A stretch of DNA of 64,000 bases from Lama guanicoe. Lineage: Eukaryota. The notes beneath the pieces were generated by a model that saw only the letters and a program-made list of their open reading frames with translations, was not told the DNA's origin and made no database searches. The DNA lies in the NCBI GenBank assembly GCA_013239625.1, contig MU057222.1, positions 5,295,153 to 5,359,152 on the forward strand, in the 5' to 3' direction. A program made the translations under genes and the position numbers. Shown in pieces: positions 25,330 to 37,085 of the stretch. The stretch's first letter is position 1; the number at the start of each line of letters is the position of its first letter.

Positions 25330-26705
25330 TCTAAATATTATTTTAATCATAAGAACAGAATTGAGAGCCCCAAAATGGACTCAAGAGTATAAGGAAAAAA
25401 GAGTATACAATAAAGGTAGTGTTTTACATAAGGGGAAAGGGTAACTATCCAATAATTTGTTGAGATGATTGGTTAAGGTTATCTATTAGGAAAAAAAATA
25501 ATGTTTAGATTTCTATTTCAAATCATTCACTAATGATTTTCAGATACATTAAAGATTTAAGAATTAAAAAAACTGAAAACAATCAGAGGAAATACAGTAA
25601 AGTGTTTTATTACCTTGAGTAGGAAAGAACATTTTAAACAAGACTGAGAAGGCAAACAACACAAAGGAAAAGACTCATAGATATGACTTTAAAAAAATGA
25701 CTTTGCTACTGTGAAAAATAACACAAGCAAAGTTAAAGACAGGAGACAGATTAAGGATAAGATATTTACACAATTCATCACAAAAGAAAGACTAAGAACT
25801 GCCAAGAATGGCCGTGTAGGTTGTGCACTGCACACCACCAGGGGGAGCCATTCAAGTAGACTACAATCCATAATGTATAAAGCATTCCTGTATCAATAAG
25901 AAAAGATCAATAAGCCACTCAATGGAAGAGTGGGCAAAGGATATAAAAAACAGATACATAGAGTAGGAAATACAAGTAACAGTAAACATATACAAAAATG
26001 TTAAATCTCAATTGCAGTCAAAGAAATGCAAATTGGAACAACAATGAAGCATATTGTCACCAGATCAATAATGAAAAAAACATTTTATGCTAATAAAGAC
26101 ATATCATTTCAGATTGACAAATTTAAAATGTCATGTTGGCTAGGGTAGGGTGAAACGTTGCTCTCTTGCATTCCTAGGTGAAGTATGAACGTGACAATAT
26201 ACATTTAAGTTAAAAAATGCATATACCCTACAACCTAACCATTTTACTTCTCCTGATTCATCCTAAGTAAACTTCTACTCACACATACAAGCTCTTCATT
26301 GCAGAATTGTTTGTAATCACATAAATTAGAAACATCTTAATTGTACATAGAGCGTAGTAGTTGAGGAGAATGACATAGACCTACATGTAGTGAATTCAAA
26401 GACCTCTGCTGTATACTACTGAGAGAAAGAAGTTTCATAATGATATGTACAGATGATACGAGGCACATAAAACACATTCTCATATACATACATGAGTCAA
26501 TTTTATAATATAATTATATTCTTAAGTAACATGTATGCATGTTTTTGTATGTGAGAGCACTAGAAGGACTGCACTTCAGTTAACAGAGCTACCTCTGGGA
26601 GCCAACTGGGACTAGGCATGGAAGTCAACAGAGGGTTTTAGTTTACTTTTAATGTTTGAATTGCTGAAAATCAGAATTTATGTGTTATTTTATTGATATT
26701 TAAAA
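25330..26705 (+). mobile_element. Old L1 (L1ME-like) ORF2 end and 3' UTR
   Basis: AGAACAGAATTGAGAGCCCC, AAGAAATGCAAATTGGAACAACAATGA and an L1ME-type 3' end. Confidence 0.75.
25800..25875 (+). mobile_element. MER91-like hAT-Tip100 fragment with CTCF motif
   Basis: GTAGGTTGTGCACTGCAC (MER91 signature) followed by CCACCAGGGGGAGC. Confidence 0.6.
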
Positions 26706-27559
26706 AATTTACACTTCCATCTGTGCTTGTACCTTGGAACAAGTAGACAAGTGTGCTATTAAAAAGTCACGGAGAAGACATGTTGCAGAACTTTTAAAAT
26801 GACAGCACTTGGACAAGCTAGAGTAACCAAGACTAACATCGTACATTCCCAAGTTCACCTAAATAAGATTGTATTACTTGTCATTCATTTTTCTTCCCTT
26901 CTTCCCGTTATAATGTTCCTCCTTTCCACACCTCAGGACTCCACTTAGTAACCTGGCTCCTGGCCACTTGAGCTTCTTCTCTCTCCCTCTGTTGTGACTT
27001 CCCTGCCCAGGATTCAAATCCAAGCTGGTCTGATTCACAACAGCACCACTGATGTCTCCTACAACAAGAAGACTGCTACCTAGATGGATAGGCTTGCCCT
27101 CCTCCCATCCCACAGAAGTCACATGCTGAACAAATATACTTAGGGCTTACCTATGGAAAGGTACCAGCCTCCTGCCCCAGCTCAGAGTGCTAAGTCAGAC
27201 CCCTGCCTCAAGTCAGGGCAGCTAGAGGAGCTTGCAAAGGCAGCTAGGAAATCAGGAAGCCAGAGTTTGTAACAGAGAGGATATGCAATCAGAAGGAAAA
27301 TACAAATTTCTGGAGTCAAAGCAGGCTGGGGAGGGACAAGCAGACACCTAGGAATCAGAAGCATGAAATAAGAGGCAACAGATACAAGACAGTCTATAGT
27401 CAGAGACCAATGCTACAAGGCAGGAGAATAAAAAGCGTGGGAGGAGACTGGGCAGCAACAGTGGGGAAGAGCCCCCTACTATGGTCCTGTTTCACATCCC
27501 TGCCATTGGACTTTGCCATAGTTCTTATGAGGCAGAAGCCACTCCCCAGGCAGTTGACC

Positions 27560-27725
27560 TGGGCCAATGCCTCTCCCCTGGTATGCTTAAAAAACAAACA
27601 AACAAACAAACAAACAAAAACCAGCAGTGCCAGGGTTGCGCTAACATTTCTTGGGTAGAGCCAGACATCAGTAGTTTTCAAAGCTCTCCAGGTGACTCTG
27701 CAGGACTGAGATGCATTGCCCAGGC
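27560..27725. mobile_element. MER5A-like element with internal (AAAC)n
   Basis: GACATCAGTAGTTTTCAAAGCTCTCCAGGTGACTCT. Confidence 0.55.
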
Positions 27726-29169
27726 CCTACAAATTTAGAGTAATTGGTGGCATCTGGCACAAGTGACAGGCACATATGGTGGAGATTCTTGGGAATCCAT
27801 TCCCTACAGAATAATTATTTCATTACTTTAATAAGTGAGATGATATATCCATTTTTTTTCCTGGAAGAATTAAGATGCCTTCTCTCATTATTTTCTCACA
27901 TGAGAGCTCAGGCTCAAAGTTCATAAAAGTCATCACAATTTCTAGATCCTCAGGCTAAAAGTTCTCTTTCCAGAGCTGAGTCTTCTCCAGACAGACTCCA
28001 CACCCAACCCCACCCTCCAACAGAGTTTGCATCATGGACCCAACATAACATTCCATTCTTTATTTTCTCCTCCAAAATAATACATGCAAGATTGTAAAGT
28101 ATATTTTTGAATTGGTGCAAAGATTGGATTTATAGTCCAATCTGACATAAATCAGGCTCAAAATTTATTGGCAGAAATATAAGTTGCATAATTACTCAGT
28201 AGCAATTACACACTTTTGACACATTTATTTCTAGGTCCTGAACTCTGTACATGCATAGACACATATGAAATTCCTTACTCTTGATGCGTCTCTTTGGCTC
28301 TTGGGAGTAGATTTATGAAGGTATTACTCTACAATATACAGTTTTACTTTTATAATTTGCATGCTTTGGGGTAGCCAAGAGAAGAAGCTAAACCTTTACA
28401 TGCTGAAACAATTTATTTCTTTGAAAGTCTTGGGCTGCATGTGCAAATGCAAACACAAAACAAAAAATAAGTTACCTTGGGAATTATTCGACTGGTTGTT
28501 TTGACTAAATAATGGATTTTTCTGGCATTATGCAGATAGATTCATTTTCTGACAGTCTTAAGATGCCCTAGTAACCTACATGTAATAAGCATTCTGTCTA
28601 AGTCAGATACCTAAGATGGATCACCAGGCTCTTGAAAGCTATTCCCTTAAGCTCTCAGGTCTGCTCTCATGATTATCCTGCCACTTGAAGATTCCTACAA
28701 ACTTGCTCCTGGAAATCTCCCCACACATCTCAAGTTTAAAATACATGAGTGACATCTGAAAAGAAACTATGCGGCCTTGGGCAAGGAATCAAAGGACTGT
28801 ATAGGATAGATGATAGACTTACAATTTTCTCAACCAATAGTAAAAGCTTGGAAGAGAAAGAAAGATGTGGGAGTTGAATGTCCAAATAAAGAGATGATAA
28901 TGAGAAATGAAATTTAAAAGACAAAACTATTGGGATTCACGATGGACTCTTGGCCAGGGAAGGATATATGACCAGAGTCTAATTGACCTGATTGAAAAAC
29001 TAAATTAAATAAAGGAGAGGGAGACAATTGCCTTAATAAACCTGTGAAAATGGTACCTACAGAGGATAATAAATATAAGATGAGAAGATGAATAAGAGTA
29101 TGGAAGGTACCTAGTGTTTTGCACCCAAAAAATATTGGAGAGGAGATGGGAGATGGAAATAATAACTTA

Positions 29170-29410
29170 TAGCCTCCGTATCTTTATACTAGTAATTGCT
29201 GTCATTGATTATTTACTATCTGCCTATCACTATTAAATTGAAGAACAATCCTATAAAGTAGGTACTACTATCACTTCCATTTTTCAGATGGAGAAAATAA
29301 AGCTTATAGAAGCCAAGTAACTTTTATAAGGACATGTACAGCTGGTAAATGGGAAAACAAGGACTTAAGACTTGAGCAGTCTGGTCCAGAGCCCACACTA
29401 CATTATATTG
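29170..29410 (-). mobile_element. MIR
   Basis: AACAATCCTATAAAGTAGGTACTACTATCACTTCCATTTTTCAGATGGAGAAA. Confidence 0.75.
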
Positions 29411-29801
29411 TCTCCCTAAGCTGCCAAGCATGTGGTGTAAACAAAGTGAGTTTGAGATTATACAAAAATGCAATTTTTGAGACATGGTGGGAAGGGACTC
29501 CAGATTGAATTACAGTGTTGGAAGAGCAAGTTCTATGCGTGAACAAGCTGCCCCTAATTGAAGAGATACTGAATGGTACTATATGTCAAGAAGCAATTTA
29601 CATGAAGAACCTGTGAATGGAAACATTGTAGACTGTGGGTGAGTTAGAGAACAAAAACTATTTGTTTTGGAACTAAGTTACAGGCTACCTGGTGAGGAGA
29701 AGAAAATTAATTACATATTTTGGACAGATAAAAATAGAATGGAAGTAAGATCTAGAATTGGTCATTGAATATATATTATGTATAGTGGTAGACCAATTCT
29801 T

Positions 29802-30510
29802 CTATTTTTATGAAGTATAGTTGATTTACAATGTTCTGTTAGTTTCAAATATAAAGCAAAGTGATTCAATTATACACATATACGTGTTCTTTTTAAGATT
29901 CCTTTCCATTATAGGTTATTACAGAGTATAGTTCCCTGTTGCTATACAGTAGCCCCTTGTTGTTTATCTATTTTATATATAGTAATGTGCATCTATTAAT
30001 CTCAAACTCCCTCCCCTTTCCCCTTTGGTAAACACAAGTTTGTTTTCTATGTCTGTGAGTCTATTTCTGTTTTCTAAACAAGTTCATTTGTATCATTTTT
30101 TTTAGATTCTTCATATAAGTGATAACATGATATTTGTCTTTCTTTGCCTGACTTACTTCACTTANNNNNNNNNNNNNNNNNNNNNNNNNNNNNNNNNNNN
30201 NNNNNNNNNNNNNNNNNNNNNNNNNNNNNNNNNNNNNNNNNNNNNNNNNNNNNNNNNNNNNNNNNNNNNNNNNNNNNNNNNNNNNNNNNNNNNNNNNNNN
30301 NNNNNNNNNNNNNNNNNNNNNNNNNNNNNNNNNNNNNNNNNNNNNNNNNNNNNNNNNNTCTCCACACTCTCTCTAGCATTTATTTTTTGTAGGTTTCTTG
30401 ATGATGGCCATTCTGACTGGTGTGAGGTGATACCTTACTGCAGTTTTGATTTTTATTTCTCTGATAATTAGTGATATTGAGCATCTTTTCATGTGTCTGT
30501 TGGCCATCTA
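29802..30510 (-). mobile_element. 5'-truncated cetartiodactyl L1 (contains N gap 30165-30358)
   Basis: Reverse-complemented L1 3' end GAAGTATAGTTGATTTACAATGTT; about 21-bp TSD at 29781-29801 and 30511-30531. Confidence 0.85.
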
Positions 30511-30840
30511 TATAGTGGTAGATCTGTTCTTGACTTGTCTTCACCTTTCAGAAAAAAGGTTTTTTTTTTAACTTACAAGGAATGAAAGGATAAGCAAAAT
30601 CAAATATATGCCTTAGATTTTAGGAAGACAGAATTTTTTTAAAGTCTAGAAAGGAAGGAGTGGTTCTCCCTTCCAAGAACGGATGTTTGGAAAGGTCTTA
30701 TATGATTCTAACTATAATTAATAATACATGATATAATCCTATAATAGGAAAAGGATGATAATAATATTATAGGGTATTTCCTATATTATTTCCTATAATA
30801 GGAAAGAACGAGGTGTTTTCCTAAGGACCTATTAGGGTGG

Positions 30841-31550
30841 TGTGCCAGATATTAAGATGTTATCTCTCAACTCCAGATCCACCCTCCTCTTTTCTGCTTT
30901 GTGATGCTGGGGCTGGAACTCTGCACAGCACTTTTCTGCTTTGACCACAGGCTCCCTGTTGGATTCTGCCAATAGGGGCTGCCAGAGGGAGACCATGGGG
31001 TTGAATGGAGGAAAAGAAGGGGGTTGTCTGTTCCTGTCTGCTAACAGGTCTTGAGGTTATCTCAGCAGTGCTATTTTACTCCAGCAAAGCAGTTTCTTCC
31101 TGAAGCATCAGCTAAATCTAGTTGGCAGTTTTCCAACACTTGCCATATCAACTCTCCACCCAGTCCCCCAAGACAGATAACCCATGATCTCTCCTCAGAA
31201 ATCTAGGTCTCCTGAAGCCACCCCTCCAAGCTCAGAGACACAAACACCAGCCAAACAGCCTCTTCTTCGAAATCTCAATTTCATCTCTGTGGGAGCCCTC
31301 CCTTAAGTTTCTAAATTTTAATAACCCAACCTCTTCCTTTTGTTCTTTCAATTCTAGGAGGCGTGGCTGCTTCCTATTGTTGCTTCTTCCATGTTATCTT
31401 AGAGTTCTCGTTTTACTCTTTTACTTACCTTACTATATATCTCATTAACAGTTTTTATATATTTTATATGTATATTACATATAGATATTAAATTCTATCT
31501 GTTCAAATAACTAGTAAGAGCTTTGTCTCCTGAACGGACCCTAACTGACA
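30841..31550 (+). mobile_element. LTR41/LTR41B-like ERVL solo LTR
   Basis: Starts TGTGCCAGATATTAAG...CTCCAGATCCACCCT...TGTGATGCTGGGGCTGG...TCTGCCAATAGGGG and ends GGACCCTAACTGACA. Confidence 0.75.
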
Positions 31551-33595
31551 GAGAATGTACTGGGGATACTAAAGCCCAAAGTGAGCAAAAACTAACAAGA
31601 AGTGTCCATGGTAACCAATGGGGTCTTTCAAAGGAACTTCCTGATCAAGAGGAAAATTAAGGGAAGGCCAGATGTTTGGAGAGGATGGTAAAGTGGTTAG
31701 TGTTATTTTATTAGAGGATTTAGAACCTAGGCTGAATCATCAGTGGGCAGAAATGTGCTGGAGGAAGTCATAGATTGGAGAGGTGTTCACTCAGATGACC
31801 GTTAGGTCTCAAGGTTCTGAGAGATGGTCCTCATTCTGAACCCAGGGTTCCCAGTGCTCTCATGTTATCAGAACACTTGCTTCAGGGTTTCTGAAAGGGT
31901 CATTCTAGATTTCTTCCTCATCCTTCTCTAGTTCTGGGAGACCTGGGCCTATTGGTTCACTTCTAGAGTGCTATTCTCTACTGTGAATTGAATTCCCTAA
32001 AGAGATCTGAGAACCTCCTCTTTCCATGAGACCAAGAACCTCTTTGGTCTAACCCTGAGCTCTAGAAACCTATGTCTGTTCTCTAAATTAAACTCCAGAG
32101 ATATCATCCACTCTCACATCTCTGGCACCTCAGAAATCAATGCCCTTGACACTACTAAACCTTCCTGCTGTCTTCTGGAACTTTGATAAAGCTCTGCTGT
32201 AGGGTTGGCTAAACAGAATCCCTTCATAAAGTTAGAATGACCACCTAGGTCCCTGGCTGTGGGTGCATCCTGGCCTTCTGCATCAGAAACCTTCCAAGGC
32301 TAGATACATTCAACACCTACCCCCTGTCCCAACTCTTTTGACCTAGTCTGTGAAAGTCCCATTCCTTGCTCTGCACCCTTGTGTTGCTTTCATTATTGGT
32401 GCCAGGGCTGACAGGCATTTTTCTGTACTTGTGAAGAAAAATAAGTGTCTCTTTTTTCATTTCTCTAGCCTCATTAGACTAATCTCTAATTCCTCAGATA
32501 CTATTTTTCATCAGCTTCTTCCTTCCCAAAAGTCCAAATATCTGAATGACAGGCTCTTAAGTGCTGAGCCCCAAAGGTACCATTGCTGGAGGTTCCAGTC
32601 CAGTTAGGCTCTTTGCGTTGACTGTGCATAGATTCTCTCCAGTCATCCTTAACTAATAGCTGTTGCTTCATCAAATCCTCACAACCACAACAGATAACAC
32701 TATCCATTACATACTGAAAAATAAATTCCACCATCACTACAATCAAAAGGCTTCCCCAAAATCTTAGACACTGAGCAAAAAGGACAGGAATTGTCTTTCC
32801 TACTTTCTTTTTTTTTTTTCTCGTCTCTTTCTAATTCTTCTACCACTTGTTCCTCATCTTCTCATTACTTACATATTAAGACCATATCACACCAGGCATT
32901 ATATAGAACAATTAGGAGATGAAATCACAGGACACTAAAATGAGACAATGTACTTTAAATTGCTGTTTTAAAGAACGGCAAAGCAACACCCCCCCCCGCC
33001 TTTTTTAAATGTAAAACAGGGAAAATTTACCAGAGAATATAGTTCTGAGGAGTGAAAGCTGAGTGGCAATTGTGCCGTGGAATTTAGGTTAAGGTCACCC
33101 CTCCTGCATATATTTTGATTTAAAATAGTTACCTTTTGTTCAGCTTAATTATCAGCAACCAAGTATTTCTGCTTTCAATTCTTTAAGGAAGGCACCCCTG
33201 AGTACAGTGTGAGGGAGTCAGTTTAATCCAGACTTCTTGAAAACAGCTTGGTATTTTCAACTAAATCCAGTAGCGGAATGTAGGCTTAACCGGCCCCACC
33301 CAATTTTTCCCACCCAGATATTTTTCCTTTTTGTCCAGCAAAGTGTCATCTGTTCCCAAGGAAGAAGAAAGAAAAGGAAAAATGTTTACTTAAATTATTA
33401 CATTCTAAACTGCTGTATTGATTCTGACCAAATTTAAGAGGCTTGACACTGAGTTTTGACAGAAAAAATAAAATATTTGACTAACTTAGAAACATTTAGG
33501 TTGCTGGTTACTGCTGTGTAATAGATCTGGCTTTAGATGCATTTATTTTACTGATAAACACGCATTTACTGTGTGCCTTTTAGGGGGTGAAATAC

Positions 33596-34098
33596 TACAC
33601 CCCCCTCGACTGATGATGGGGTTATGTCCAGATAAACCCAATATAAGTTGAAAATATAGAAGTTGGAAAAGCATTTAATACACCTAACCTACAGAGCATC
33701 AAGGCTTCGCCTATCGTATGTTAAACGTGCTCAGAATACTTACAGTTGGGCAAAATCATCTAACACAAAGTCTGTTTGATAATAAGGTGTTGTATATTCT
33801 CATGTAATTTACTGAATATTGTACTGAAGGTGAAAAACAGAATGGCTGTGTGGGTACGGAATTGTGCAGAACATAGTGTGTGTATTGTTCTCCCTCGTGA
33901 TCACATGGCTGACCGAGGGCTGTGCTCCTTGCTGCTGCCCAGCATCCAGAGAGAGTACTGGGCGGCGTATTGATACCCTGGGAAAAGTTCAAATTTCAAA
34001 ATTTGAAGTACAGTTTCTATTGAATGCATATCGTTTTCATACCATCATGAAGTAAAAAAATCATTAAACTGAACCACCCTAAGTCAGGGACTATCCAT
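33596..34098 (+). mobile_element. Tigger5b/MER47-like TcMar-Tigger DNA transposon
   Basis: CCTCGACTGATGATGGGGTTATGTCCAGATAAACCC...CAGTTGGGCAAAATCATCTAACACAAAG...TAAGTCAGGGACTATC, with degenerate terminal inverted repeats. Confidence 0.8.
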
Positions 34099-34971
34099 AT
34101 AGTACAGATCTTGCCTTCCAGGAGCTTACAAATCAGATGAGATAAGTAGAAGGAACAGAATGTGAACATACAATGCTAGGATAGGTGGCTCAATGAAGTA
34201 AGTGCCATGAAGAGATGCGAATAAAGTGCTGTGAGAGTCCAAAGAAAGGGGGGAGGGGTCGCTTCTTTTCTCTAAGAAAGGCTTTCTGGAGGAAGAGGTG
34301 TTTCAACTGCCCTTTAAGAGCACAGACAAAAGGGCCTTCCAAGGCTGAAGAAGGGGAGGACCCGAGGGGCTAGTGGAGGAAAGGGAGAGGCTCCTTTGGG
34401 CTAACCTCCCCTGAAGAATCCTGTGCTGGTGAGCTTATTGGGATTGGCTTACCGAGTGATTCAGGTAGCGTCTACATGCATAGCTGAGCCTTTTGTGTTT
34501 TTGATGTGTCTAATATTTTTAACATAAAATCATATAATATAAATTAAACATAAAATTATACAGTCTTGCTCCCCTCTTCTCAGTAACCCCCACCCCCAAA
34601 CACAACTATTCCCTGATAGGAGGGAATACCTCTGAAGAGGTAGGGGCTCTGATTATTCTCGGTTAAATAACTGACCTGAACTCTAAGCTCCACACTCACA
34701 CTTAGAAACTTCTGGAGGTGGTCCCTGGTCTTGCTTCCTGGGAATGAGGTCAAAAGATTTCAGGCCTGAGAGCAGGCTTGACTACTTCCTCAGCATTTTC
34801 CTCTGCCTAGAAAGTGAAGTTCTGGCTAACACCACTCATTGTCTTCTTTAAGAAAAACAGCTCTCATTACCATGAAGTACAATGAGCTGCTACCAGAGAA
34901 AGAGTTTTCCACTGGCCAAGGGCTTCACCACAGGGCCCTGTTCTTTCATCTTCCTACCTTGATCTTCTCCT

Positions 34972-35334
34972 TGTTAAAAGATAAATTGAGGCAGATCACA
35001 TTTTTAAGAGTTTATCTGAGCAAAAGTCAGTGTGAATTGGGCAGCACGGAACCAGAAGTGGTTAGAAGTGCTCCACCATCTACAGGCGCTTGAGAAGAGA
35101 CTTGATAGAGAAGAGGTAGCAGCATAGTAAGGAAGTGATCTGATCGGCTGTCACTTAGTTGCCGTCTGTGCGAAAGCCTACTTGGTTGTTTGTGATGGGC
35201 TGTCCTTAGTGATTTCTTAACCCTGAGGCGTCTACAGGCTTAGGTATGGATTTGCATTGGTTTGAGTTAGGTTAGGCTACTAAGGCATTAAAGCCACCTC
35301 AGTCTAACAGCCTCTGTGTTTAATAAATTTAACT
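34972..35334 (-). mobile_element. ERV1-type solo LTR
   Basis: TGTTAAAAGATAAATTGAGGC...GAGTTTATCTGAGCAAAA...TTTAAC, resembling reverse-oriented MER4-group LTRs. Confidence 0.55.
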
Positions 35335-35460
35335 CCCTCAGACATGGGGAGGAAAAGAGGGGTCCATTGTTTTCTAGACCTTAAAACATTCCACTGCTTT
35401 TTAAAATGATAGCAAACAACTGACCTGGTTGACTATTTTCCAGTAAATTTATTAGAAGAC

Positions 35461-36037
35461 TGTAAGCAGATAAAGAAGGGATCCCCAGAGAAAGAAAACC
35501 AGGTATGGCTTTTTTGATGTAAGAGAAAGCATTTTTGGCCTAAGCTATTTGTGATCTAAGCATGGCCACAATATATACCCTTGAACAGGTCTCAATAATT
35601 AATAACCTTAAGAGAACAAAAGAATGCAGAAAACAATGACTATTATGGCACGAGAAGTAACAATAGCAAAGATAACATGCCAATTGTAAAGACTCCCAGT
35701 TCTCTTCGGACAGTAAAGATTAGCCCGAAGTGCTCAGCCACCAGATCAACTGGAATCTAAGGGTAGATGATGTTGACCTTTGCCAGCCCTCCTGACTTTA
35801 ACAACTAAAGCTTGAACTCTGTTGACTGCCCAAAGCCCCTTTCTGAATATGCCTGTATCCTTAGCTTAAAACTTCCCCAATTGTGCTGTTTGGGGAGACA
35901 CTGCTTTGGGAAAGATCCCTGGTGTTCTCCTTACTTGCAGCAGGTAATAATAAATCCTTCCTTCTCCTGCTCTTTGGCTTTGTTGTGTCTCTTGGCTCAA
36001 CATACACCAAGAGGCGAACCCAGTTTTCTGGTACCAG
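35461..36037 (+). mobile_element. ERV1-type solo LTR
   Basis: TG...CA termini, and an LTR R/U5 layout (GCTTTGGGAAAGATCCCTGGTGTTCTCCTTACTTGC, AATAAA, GAGGCGAACCC). Confidence 0.65.
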
Positions 36038-36577
36038 TACTGCACTGAGGAAATTAACCAACTGCTTGAGGAGCATATAAACCCTCAATTTATGGATATT
36101 AATTCTTCTGCTTAAGGGAACAGTGATTTCTACCATGCTGCAGCATAAATAAATCAGATTTGAGTCCTATATTTGAGAGATACTCTGTAACTAAAGTCAT
36201 GCAAACCTCAAAAGGTGAATTCAACCTGCTCAAAAGGTGAGCAGAAACTAGACTACAGGGCTGTTGCAGATTATATTAGGATGCAGATATTTTAATAACC
36301 ATTAGAGCTTTCTGATCAGTTCCAAGCTAATATTTTCCAGCACATGCTGCCTGTTGCTTATTCATTGATAAAATGCTGACCTGAGTGATGACACAGAGAA
36401 CATGTCCCTTCAGAAAGAGATTGAGACAGGAGGGAAGGGAAAAGGGCACAGCCATTCAATGAATGACACAGCAGTTAACACCAAAGTGGTAGAAGATTCA
36501 ACTCCCAGTAGGCTTTGAGGATAAAGCTGATGAGAGATTTGACTTCTAGAAGAACTTGAGCTTCATTATACACTCAT

Positions 36578-37085
36578 TGTAATATATCAGCATGGTAAAT
36601 AACATGCCCATAGACACCATGACAGTTCTAAGGCTAGCTACAAAAGGTCAAAGAGTGGGCAGTGGCCCAATTCCTGGGAATCCTAGCCTCTTCCCCAGGG
36701 TAGTTGGAGTGGTCCTTCCACTTGTTAGCATATGAAGCTACCAAGCCCATAAAATCTAGCAACACTACACCTCCTGGCTGCCTCTCTTGGCTCCCTTGTC
36801 TTCAATGATGACCCACACTCTGTCTATGGAGCATGTACCCACTTCTACTTTTACCTGAGCACCCAACCCCAACACCTCATGGCCTTTCTCTTGCCTTCTG
36901 AAACAGCCTACACTATGCAATATGTATCTCTCTAAATGAATCTACCTTTACTCAACTGTGGCTCGCTCTTGAATTCTTTTCTGCGCAAAGCCAAGGATCC
37001 ACAAATGGAGGGGCACGTCCCAGGGGCTCCACCGAGACCTGGGACACAGCCCTCCTCACACCCCACATCCGTTTTTTCTGTATCA
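36578..37085 (+). mobile_element. MER41-like ERV1 LTR
   Basis: CACCATGACAGTT, TTAGCATAT, CACTCTGTCTATGGAG and GCTCGCTCTTGAATTCTTTTCTGCGCAAAGCCAAG are MER41-family signatures. Confidence 0.65.

Larger units (their letters stand above)
28740..31720 (+). mobile_element. Ancient CR1/L3 LINE (ORF1 C-terminus, endonuclease and linker), fragmented by MIR, L1 and LTR41 insertions
   Basis: Fossil peptides: LKRNYAALGKESKD, ERKMWELNVQIKR and GLLAREG (CR1 ORF1); ETWWEGTPD and YRLPGEEKKIN (endonuclease); LDFRKTEF (about 30613); KAQSEQKL (about 31571). Confidence 0.7.
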
